From assembly GCA_963724295.1 (NCBI GenBank), contig CAVRUC010000010.1, positions 128,001 to 192,000 on the forward strand: 64,000 nucleotides of DNA. Reading direction: 5' to 3'. Each line of letters starts with the position of its first letter. Within the stretch, counting starts at the first letter, position 1. This document shows, in pieces, positions 51,485-58,862 of the stretch. Under the pieces are notes generated by a model. That model did not search any database and was not told the origin of the DNA. It worked only from the letters and a program-made list of their open reading frames with translations. The stretch is from an uncultured Chloroflexia bacterium (GTDB taxonomy: Bacteria; Chloroflexota; Chloroflexia; Thermomicrobiales; UBA6265). A program made the translations under genes and the position numbers.

Positions 51485-53043
51485 CGGCCCTCACCCCCAA
51501 CCCCCTCTCCCGGCTCGGAGCCGGGAGAGGGGGCTTTTGTGCTGCCCAGCCTGACTCCCTTCTCCCCGCTCCGAGGGGAGAAGGGCTGGGGATGAGGGGC
51601 GCTCGTGGGGAGAAGGGCTGGAGCAAAGGGATCGTCGTTGCTCTCATGCTCGACCCGCAGGGCCCCTACCACTTCACGGAAGCGATCGCCCCGGTCGAAC
51701 TCGTCACGGAAGAGCCCGAACGAGGCGCAGCCGGGTGAGAGCAGGACGACGTCGCCTGGCCGCGCCTCGCTTCGCGCGGCCGCCACAGCCTCACCCATCC
51801 CGGGGAATGGTCCGTAGGGCGTCACATCGCGGGTGCGCAACGCCGACTCCAGGGCCGGGGTCGCCGTTCCCGCGAAGAGATAGACCTTGGCCTGATGACG
51901 CGCGGCGGCCTCCGCCAGCGGCGACGGGTCGAGCCCCTTGTCGGCTCCGCCCGCCAGGAGGTGCACCTGGCCGCTCCGCTGCGCGACGGCCTCCAGGGCC
52001 GCCACGGTCGCAACCGGCGCCGTCGCCGTCGTGTCGTTGATGAATGTCACGCCGTCGATCTCGGCGACGGTTTCCATGCGATCTTTCACGCCCTGGAATG
52101 TCGCCAGCCCGCGCTCGATGGCCGTTGCGCTCGCTCCGGCCAGCGTCGCCGCGGCCAGGGCCGCCAGCGCGTTGCGCGCACCATGCCGCCCCGCCAGCAC
52201 CGATGATGTCGGACGCGGCCAGCGCGTCTCTACGCCTTGCCAGCGCCAGATGAGCCCCTCCGCGGTCAGCCAGGCGCCGTCATCTCCGCGGTCGCCCTCG
52301 CCGAACGGAACGACAGTTGCCGCGGTTTCCCCAGCCGCCCGCCACGCCTCGGGATCGTCTCTATTGACGACCAGCCAATCGCCGGGTCGTTGATGCCGGG
52401 TAATCCCCCGCTTCGTCTCCGCGTAGTCGGCGAAGCCGTCATACGTATTGAGATGGTCCTCCGCGATCAGGGTCAGCACGGCGATCCGCGGGGCCAACCC
52501 GTGCTCGATGAGGGCTTCGAGCTGCCAGGACGAGAGCTCGATCACCACCGGCGACTCAGGACGCAGACGTGGCAACTGCGCGAGCGCCGAGACCCCCATA
52601 TTCCCGGCCACGACGACATCGGGGAATGCCGAGCGGAGCAGCTCGCCGGTGAGCATCGAAACGGTCGTCTTCGCTTTGGTGCCGGTGATACCGACGATGG
52701 GGGCAGGGCAGGCGCGGAAGAAGAGACTCATCTCCATCTCGACCGGGATGCCCTGCGAGCGCGCCAGCTCCAGCAGCGGCGCTCGCCGCGGCACACCTGG
52801 ATTACGGACGATCAGGTCGGCTCGCCGCGGCGTAAAATCCCGCTCCTCATGCCCGCCGAGGACGAAACGGATCGGGAGTCCCGCCAGCGCCGCGAGCGGT
52901 TCGGCCAGCGCTTCCGCGGGGCGCATATCGGTAACGGTTACCTCCGCGCCCTCGCTCACCAGGTAGCGTGCTACCCCGAGACCGCCGGCGCGGGTGCCGA
53001 GACCGATGAGGGTGACGCGCTTGCCGCGCAGGTCGTGTGCCAC
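51379..53043 (-). CDS. murD: UDP-N-acetylmuramoyl-L-alanine--D-glutamate ligase; C-terminus reads through a REP-like element
   Basis: NPGV, GITGTKAKTT, GNMG, ELSSWQL, DHL, INDTTAT, GGADKG-like, LSPGCASFGLF..EFDRG. Confidence 0.93.
   Translation of the reverse strand: MAHDLRGKRVTLIGLGTRAGGLGVARYLVSEGAEVTVTDMRPAEALAEPLAALAGLPIRFVLGGHEERDFTPRRADLIVRNPGVPRRAPLLELARSQGIPVEMEMSLFFRACPAPIVGITGTKAKTTVSMLTGELLRSAFPDVVVAGNMGVSALAQLPRLRPESPVVIELSSWQLEALIEHGLAPRIAVLTLIAEDHLNTYDGFADYAETKRGITRHQRPGDWLVVNRDDPEAWRAAGETAATVVPFGEGDRGDDGAWLTAEGLIWRWQGVETRWPRPTSSVLAGRHGARNALAALAAATLAGASATAIERGLATFQGVKDRMETVAEIDGVTFINDTTATAPVATVAALEAVAQRSGQVHLLAGGADKGLDPSPLAEAAARHQAKVYLFAGTATPALESALRTRDVTPYGPFPGMGEAVAAARSEARPGDVVLLSPGCASFGLFRDEFDRGDRFREVVGALRVEHESNDDPFAPALLPTSAPHPQPFSPRSGEKGVRLGSTKAPSPGSEPGEGVGGEGRWLRGVGVRANRSQPTRCFLPHRPVSISLASAASA
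51458..51622. repeat. REP-like element, copy 2, at the murD/murC junction
   Basis: Near-identical to 34799-34920, with partial flanking units. Confidence 0.9.
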
Positions 53044-53057
53044 GTCGCCGCCTCGCG

Positions 53058-54086
53058 TCAGAACTGGACGAGCGCCATGGCGACGCCGATGATCCCGGCC
53101 ATCATGGCCAGCATCCAGAAGCGCATCGTCACCTGCGTCTCCGACCAGCCGAGCATCTCGAAGTGGTGATGCAGCGGCGCCATCTTGAACAGTCGCCGTC
53201 CTTCTCCGTAGCGGCGCCTGGTGAGCTTGAAGTATCCGACCTGCAGCATCACTGATGCCGCCTCGGCGACGAAGACGGCTCCCACCACCGGCAAGAGCAG
53301 CCACTGCCCGGTCATGAAGGCCGCGACCGCCAGCGATGCACCGATCGCCAGCGAGCCGGTATCACCCATGATGACCTGCGCCGGATGGGCGTTGAACCAG
53401 AGGAAGCCCATCAACGCGCCGGTCATCGTCAGGCAGAACGTGACCACGCCGAGCTGACCCTGCCGGTAGGCGATGATGGCGTAGGCGACGAAGGCGATGG
53501 CCGCGGTCCCCGCCGCCAGCGTGTCCAGCCCGTCGGTGAAGTTCACCGCGTTGGCCATGGCGATGATCGCCAGCGCCGCCACCGGGATGTAGAGCCATCC
53601 GATGTCGTAGCGACCGATGAACGGCAGGTAGACGCCACTCAAGCCAAGACCGTAGGGGAATGGCGCGTGCAGGATGCTCGCGGCGACGAGGGCGAACAGG
53701 GTCAGCCAGAGAAACTTGAAGCGCGCGCCCATCCCGCCCTGGCGGGACCCGCCCAGCAGACTCATGCGGTCGTCCATGGCGCCCAGGACGGCGGAGGCGA
53801 CGAGCACACCGATCGGCAGCAACATCGACAACCGGCCGGCCGTGTTGAAGACGAGCGTGATCAGGACGACCGACACCGCGATCATCACGCCGCCCATCGT
53901 CGGGGTACCGGTCTTGACGAAATGGGTTTCGGGTCCGTCGACGCGGACCTGCTTGGCGGCCTTGCGCATGCGGAGAAAGGTCACGATCGGCCGCCCGATG
54001 ATGAGCGTGACGACGAACGCCAGACCCGCCAGTGCCAGCGAAACGGCCATGTTCTGATTCGGGTCGACCGGCATGATGCTGTTCAT
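53058..54086 (-). CDS. mraY: Phospho-N-acetylmuramoyl-pentapeptide transferase
   Basis: KTGTPTMGG, DD, NAVNFTDGLD, MGDTGS, MAPLHHHFE. Confidence 0.96.
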   Translation of the reverse strand: MNSIMPVDPNQNMAVSLALAGLAFVVTLIIGRPIVTFLRMRKAAKQVRVDGPETHFVKTGTPTMGGVMIAVSVVLITLVFNTAGRLSMLLPIGVLVASAVLGAMDDRMSLLGGSRQGGMGARFKFLWLTLFALVAASILHAPFPYGLGLSGVYLPFIGRYDIGWLYIPVAALAIIAMANAVNFTDGLDTLAAGTAAIAFVAYAIIAYRQGQLGVVTFCLTMTGALMGFLWFNAHPAQVIMGDTGSLAIGASLAVAAFMTGQWLLLPVVGAVFVAEAASVMLQVGYFKLTRRRYGEGRRLFKMAPLHHHFEMLGWSETQVTMRFWMLAMMAGIIGVAMALVQF

Positions 54087-55636
54087 GGCCGGCCCTTAGG
54101 GACGGAGGTCGGAGAGTCGGAGGTCGGAAGTCGGGAGCTGGCAAGATCGAAGCAAGCCGGCTCACGAACCGCGACTCTCCATTCGCGGTCTCGTTGCCCT
54201 GTGGTCTTACTTCCGACTTCCGACTCCCGACTTCCGACTCGTAAACGCTCCACGATGTCTTCCATCTCCAGCCCGCGTGAGCCCTTGAGCAGCACGACGT
54301 CGCCCTGGCGCAACTCGCGCAGGAGATAAGCGATCAAATCCTCCCGCTGCTCGAGACCGAAGGATGTCACGGCCGGCGGGCCAGCGTCGAAACGGCCGTC
54401 GGTCGTCGCCGCCTCCCGCGCGATCGTCCGCGCCAGCCCACCGAAAGTCACCACGAGGTCGGCGACCTCCCCCGCGCGACGGCCGACCGCCACATGCTCG
54501 CGCTCCGAGACCTCACCCAGCTCCCGCATGTCGCCCAGCACGGCGATCGCCCGCCGGGGGTTCATCGCCTCCAACAACCCGAGAGCGGACATCACCGATG
54601 GCGTCGACGCATTGTAGGTGTCGTCGATCAGTTGCGAGCCGTTAGGCCCGGGAACGATCAGCAGTCGCACCTGGACTCCCGGTTCCGCGAGACCGAGGAG
54701 CATGTCGGCCAGGTCCATCCCCGTGGCGTGCCCGACCGCGATAGCCGCCAGGGCCAGCTCGACGGCGTGGCCGCCGATCAATGGCACCTTGACCCGGTTG
54801 GACTCCTCGCCGATGTGGAGCCAGAACGACGTCCCTTCCAATCCTTCAGACTCGACGCCCGTGGCCTGCACGTCGTTGCCCGGTTCGAGCCCGTAGAACA
54901 GCACGCGCCCCCGGCAGCGATCGGCCATCGCTCGCACGCGATGGTCGTCTCCATTCAGGATGGCCCAGCCGTCTTCGGGGATGGCGTCGACCAGCTCCGC
55001 TTTCGTCTCGGCGATGGCCTCGATCGTCCCCATTCGCTCCAGGTGGACAGGGTGGACATTGGTCACCACGCCGATCCGGGGCTGGGCGATCTCCGCCAGC
55101 AACCGGATCTCGCCCAGTGCGTAGGCGCCGCCCATCTCGAGCACGGCCGCTCCGTGCTCCGGGGTTACCTCGAGCAGGGACAAGGGGAGCCCGATCTCGG
55201 AGTTGAGGTTTCCCGCCGAGCGATAGGTCGGCATCGCACGCTCCAGCACCGAGGCGACGGTCTCCTTCGTGCTGGTCTTGCCCACGCTGCCGGTGATACC
55301 GACGACGAGCAGGTCCTGGAGCTGGGAGCGCCACCACGCCGCCAGGCGCTGCAGCGCGGCGACCGGCTCGTCGACGACCAGAAGCGGTAGTCCCGCGTCG
55401 GGATGCTCGTCCGCCCACTCGCGGCTGACGAGGGCCGCGGTGGCTCCCGCGGCCGCGGCGTCGCCGACGAAGTCGTGTCCGTCGAAGCGCTCGCCGCGCA
55501 CGGCGATGAAGAGATCGCCGGGCTGGACCTGTCGGGAGTTCCGCTCGATCCTGGTGAACACCGTCTGCGCTGGGATCTCGCCGCGAAGCACGGCGCCCGT
55601 ACCGCGCAAGACGGTCTCGAAAGCGAGTGGCGTCAT
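54083..55636 (-). CDS. murF: UDP-N-acetylmuramoyl-tripeptide--D-Ala-D-Ala ligase
   Basis: GERFDGHDF, GITGSVGKTSTKE, NSEIGLP, DDTYNA, LGDMRELG, LKGSRG; start overlaps rsmH stop (ATGA). Confidence 0.95.
   Translation of the reverse strand: MTPLAFETVLRGTGAVLRGEIPAQTVFTRIERNSRQVQPGDLFIAVRGERFDGHDFVGDAAAAGATAALVSREWADEHPDAGLPLLVVDEPVAALQRLAAWWRSQLQDLLVVGITGSVGKTSTKETVASVLERAMPTYRSAGNLNSEIGLPLSLLEVTPEHGAAVLEMGGAYALGEIRLLAEIAQPRIGVVTNVHPVHLERMGTIEAIAETKAELVDAIPEDGWAILNGDDHRVRAMADRCRGRVLFYGLEPGNDVQATGVESEGLEGTSFWLHIGEESNRVKVPLIGGHAVELALAAIAVGHATGMDLADMLLGLAEPGVQVRLLIVPGPNGSQLIDDTYNASTPSVMSALGLLEAMNPRRAIAVLGDMRELGEVSEREHVAVGRRAGEVADLVVTFGGLARTIAREAATTDGRFDAGPPAVTSFGLEQREDLIAYLLRELRQGDVVLLKGSRGLEMEDIVERLRVGSRESEVGSKTTGQRDREWRVAVREPACFDLASSRLPTSDSPTSVPKGRP
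54103..54240. repeat. Inverted pair of GTCGGRA-type heptamer arrays inside the murF 3' end
   Basis: gtcggag/gtcggaa/gtcggga units at ~54103-54137 and ttccgac/tcccgac units at 54209-54240. Confidence 0.8.
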
Positions 55637-56658
55637 CGTCTGGCTCCCGTCGTGAGCTCGCCTGCGTCGTCCGGGAGGCGCTCCGCAACACGCAACACGG
55701 CCGAACGGGCGCGCGGGTTGGCGTCCCGCTCCGCCGCATCCGGGCGCACCGCGCGCCGCGTGACTTTTTGCAGCCTGGGGCGGTGACCGCAGACGCAGAT
55801 GGGTATCTGCGGGGGACAGACACACCCGGCGCTCTCGCGCTCGATGAAGCGCTTGACGATCCGGTCTTCCAGCGAATGAAACGCGATCACCGCCAGGCGT
55901 CCACCCGGCGCAAGCACGTCGACCGCTGCCTGAAGTGCTGCCTCCAGTGCCGTCAGTTCCTCGTTTGTCGCGATGCGCAGTGCCTGGAACGTCCGCGTCG
56001 CGGGATGGGTTTCCCGGCCGCGCCGGCCGCCGAGCGCGCCGGCCACGATCTCCGCCAGTCGCGTCGTGGTCTCGATCGGCGCTTGGGCCCGCTCGCGCGC
56101 AATCGCCCGCGCGATGCGGCGACTGCCCGGCTCTTCGCCGTAGCGCCAGATCAGGTCGGCCAGCTCACGCTCCGGGAGGGAATTCACCAGATCGCTCGCC
56201 GGAGCGCCCTGTTCTGAATCGAAGCGCATGTCGAGCGGGCCCTCATGACGGAAGGCGAACCCACGCTCCGGCTGATCGAGCTGGAACGACGACAGCCCCA
56301 GATCGAGCAGGATGCCGTCAAGCGGCGCGACTCCTCGCTCTTGGGCAATGACGGCCAGATCGGCGAAGTTGGCCCGCACCGGGATGATGCGCTCGGCAAT
56401 GGCTGGGTCCTGGCGCAAGGCGCATGCGCGGTCGATCGCGGCGGGATCGGCGTCGAGGGCGAGTACGATCCCGTCCGGCGCCGATGCCTCGAGCAGCGCC
56501 CGGGTATGCCCGCCGCCGCCAAAGGTGCCGTCCAGGTACGTGCACCGACCGCCTGGTCGCGGCTGCAATGCGGCAACCGCTTCCGCGAGGAGCACAGGCC
56601 GGTGGCCGGGTGCTGAGCTTGATGGCGTATTGGCAACGGGAGCAGACACGATCGTCAC
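55633..56658 (-). CDS. rsmH: 16S rRNA m4C1402 methyltransferase
   Basis: HRPVLL, DGTFGGGGH, DLGLSS.QLD, PLDMR, FQALRI, FHSLEDR, NPRARSA. Confidence 0.96.
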   Translation of the reverse strand: MTIVSAPVANTPSSSAPGHRPVLLAEAVAALQPRPGGRCTYLDGTFGGGGHTRALLEASAPDGIVLALDADPAAIDRACALRQDPAIAERIIPVRANFADLAVIAQERGVAPLDGILLDLGLSSFQLDQPERGFAFRHEGPLDMRFDSEQGAPASDLVNSLPERELADLIWRYGEEPGSRRIARAIARERAQAPIETTTRLAEIVAGALGGRRGRETHPATRTFQALRIATNEELTALEAALQAAVDVLAPGGRLAVIAFHSLEDRIVKRFIERESAGCVCPPQIPICVCGHRPRLQKVTRRAVRPDAAERDANPRARSAVLRVAERLPDDAGELTTGARR

Positions 56659-56777
56659 AATCCGGGGCAGCGTCGCGCCCCAGGAGGCGCACGGTTCGTG
56701 CAGAGGAGTATGCACCGCCAGCCTCCCTCGGGGAGAGGTATGCTCCCGCTGAGACGCTCCAGAGAGAGGCAGAGCAG

Positions 56778-57557
56778 ATGCCCTACGCGGCGAACGACGG
56801 TCTGCGCATCCACTACGAGGTCGCAGGCAGTGGGGAACCGCTCGTGCTCTACCATGGCCTGACCGGGTCGGGCGAGCGGTGGCGAGACACCGGATACGTC
56901 GCCAGTCTGAGTGGCGCGTACCGCCTCATTCTCATCGACGCCCGCGGGCACGGCGGAAGCGACAAGCCGCACGATCGGGCGGCATATGGGCGACGCCGGC
57001 AAGCCACCGACGTCGTCGCCGTGCTGAACGACCTGGACATTGCCACGGCGCGCTTCTGGGGTCACTCCATGGGCGGCGACGTCGCGTTGACCCTCGGCCG
57101 CCATCATCCTGACCGCGTGAGCGCGCTGATCGTCACCGGCTACAGCCCCTTCGCTGCCGCGGGTGAAGAGGCCGCCGAGATGACGGCCTGGGCCACCGAT
57201 CTCCAGGGTGGGATGGACGGTTTTGTCGCGGGCTATGAGCGCCGTCATGGTCCGCTCCCTGACGATGCCCGAGCTCGCTGGCTGGACAATGACGGCGCGG
57301 CCCTCGCCGCCTGCGTCGCCGCGATGATCGCGGAGTCGGACGGCAGCCAGGTCGCGGATCTCCCTCAGATCGAGACCCCGGTCATGCTGCTGGTCGGAAC
57401 CGAGGAGCCATTCGCCGACCAGGCGCGCGAAGCGGCGGAACTGCTACCGCGCGGCGCGTACGTCCCCTTGCCGGGACTCGATCACGTGCAGACGTTCTTC
57501 AGCAGCGACCTCGTCGTACCGCATGTCCGGGAGTTTCTTGCGCAGACTCGCGTGTGA
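56778..57557 (+). CDS. Alpha/beta fold hydrolase inserted between mraZ and rsmH
   Basis: PLVLYHG, DARGHGGS, GHSMGG nucleophile, C-terminal His. Confidence 0.9.
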   Translation: MPYAANDGLRIHYEVAGSGEPLVLYHGLTGSGERWRDTGYVASLSGAYRLILIDARGHGGSDKPHDRAAYGRRRQATDVVAVLNDLDIATARFWGHSMGGDVALTLGRHHPDRVSALIVTGYSPFAAAGEEAAEMTAWATDLQGGMDGFVAGYERRHGPLPDDARARWLDNDGAALAACVAAMIAESDGSQVADLPQIETPVMLLVGTEEPFADQAREAAELLPRGAYVPLPGLDHVQTFFSSDLVVPHVREFLAQTRV

Positions 57558-57589
57558 TCGTTGAGGCACCGGCGATGCCTGCGGGAGCC

Positions 57590-58021
57590 TCAGAGGAGCG
57601 TGGCGAGCCGTTGTGCGATCTCGGCGCCATCTGTATCGAGGGATGATTCCACCGCGGCCCAGCGCTGAGGTGACCAGATCTCGATCGAGGCGTCGACGCC
57701 GACGATCAGGGCTTCGCGCTCCAGCTCGGCGTAGCGGCGCAAGTCGGGCGGGATGAGAATTCGTCCCTGGGCGTCGAGGGCCAGATCCGAGGCCTCGGCG
57801 AAGACGAGACGGCGGAAGTTACGCGCGTCGGCATCGGTGATCGGCAGAGCGGCGACCTTCTCCGCCAGCGGCCGCCAGGCTTCCAGGGGATAGAGCGCCA
57901 GGCAGCGATCGATGCCGCGGGTGAGGATGACGCCCTCGGCCAGCGCCTCGCGGTAGCGCGCTGGAACCGCCAGCCGCCCCTTGGCATCCAGGTTGTGCGC
58001 GTAGCGACCCAGAAACACCAC
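57590..58021 (-). CDS. mraZ: Division/cell-wall cluster transcriptional regulator MraZ
   Basis: FLGRYAHNLDAKGRLAVP...LDAQGRILIP...IEIWS. Confidence 0.96.
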   Translation of the reverse strand: MVFLGRYAHNLDAKGRLAVPARYREALAEGVILTRGIDRCLALYPLEAWRPLAEKVAALPITDADARNFRRLVFAEASDLALDAQGRILIPPDLRRYAELEREALIVGVDASIEIWSPQRWAAVESSLDTDGAEIAQRLATLL

Positions 58022-58124
58022 TCACCACCCGGCGACACGCCGCATCCGGCACGGCGGCGACACGTGCACCCGGTCATCGACCAGGGCTTCGCGGAGAACG
58101 GGTATCGGGGATGGATGCATTGTG

Positions 58125-58179
58125 CCACTTATCCACCGCGAACGCCACTTATCCCCACTTTTCCCCACAGTTATCCACA
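58125..58179 (-). promoter_or_regulatory. MraZ-binding GTGG repeats in 10-bp phase, overlapping DnaA box(es)
   Basis: CCAC at 58125, 58145, 58155, 58165, 58175; TTATCCACA at 58171-58179; one-mismatch boxes at 58129 and 58149. Confidence 0.8.
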
Positions 58180-58200
58180 ATGGAGACGGCGAGTTGGCAG

Positions 58201-58385
58201 AGTCGGAAAGCGGTAAGTCGGTAAGTCGGTAAGTCGGTAAGTCGGTAAGGACGAGCGTAATCGAGGAGGCGCGACGCACCCTCGTTGTCTTCCCCCTCCA
58301 CCCCCCTGAGTCCGCGCAGCGGACGGCACCCCCTGAGAGAGCGCAGCGACCGGCTCCCCTGAGGCGAAGCGGGCTCCCCCTCCGA
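58201..58385. repeat. Composite element: AGTCGGTA array plus CCCCCTGAG/GCGNAGC units
   Basis: Four exact AGTCGGTA units at 58216-58247; three CCCCTGAG units with GCGCAGC/GCGAAGC; same layout as 9991-10140. Confidence 0.8.
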
Positions 58386-58417
58386 ATGGCGTACGTACGC
58401 GGTTACTTACTCGAAAG

Positions 58418-58439
58418 AGAACGAATGTTCTGGTATCAT
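58418..58439 (+). promoter_or_regulatory. LexA (SOS) box abutting an extended -10 element
   Basis: AGAAC-GAAT-GTTCT at 58418-58431, directly followed by TGgTATCAT. Confidence 0.75.
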
Positions 58440-58494
58440 TGCCGTATCGAAGCGCCGCGCCGGGTGGAGCGGCGAGACCCCGCAGGAGGATGCC

Positions 58495-58770
58495 ATGTTC
58501 CTCGGTTGGTACGACCCCGACCGCAAGAAGCCGGCTCGCGCCAAGCTGGCCGACGCCATCGCCCGTTATGAAGAGAAGTTTGGACGAACACCACTCTTCT
58601 GTCTCACCAGTCCTCAGGACGCCGCCGAGCTGGCCGAACCGTCCCGCAAGTTCCCCGGGGAACCGCCGGTTTCGATCCAGGCCCGCGGATACATCGCCCG
58701 CTGGACCTTCTACATCGGAGAGGACGCCGGGGAGACCCCGGCCAGCGCCGAGGAGCGCGCCGCGGCGTGA
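58495..58770 (+). CDS. Small hypothetical protein (91 aa), putatively SOS-regulated
   Basis: AGGAGG RBS; MFLGWYDPDRKKPARAKLADAIARYEEKFGRTP...; LexA box 64 nt upstream. Confidence 0.8.
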   Translation: MFLGWYDPDRKKPARAKLADAIARYEEKFGRTPLFCLTSPQDAAELAEPSRKFPGEPPVSIQARGYIARWTFYIGEDAGETPASAEERAAA

Positions 58771-58862
58771 TCTCCAGTCGGATTGCGCTCAAGGAAGCGG
58801 ATCGCTTCTGCTAGAGTTGCCGCGCTCCCCGCGCGGTGCGCTGACCCGCGCAATCCTTCCAG

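Noticed and set aside
49061..53043. Triple MurD-MurC-MurB fusion
   Set aside because: murD and murC are in different frames and the murC frame has a TGA just upstream of its start; the overlap is explained by the inserted repeat.
58125..58179. Replication origin (oriC)
   Set aside because: Only one perfect DnaA box, no AT-rich unwinding element, and no dnaA/dnaN nearby; better explained as the mraZ promoter.
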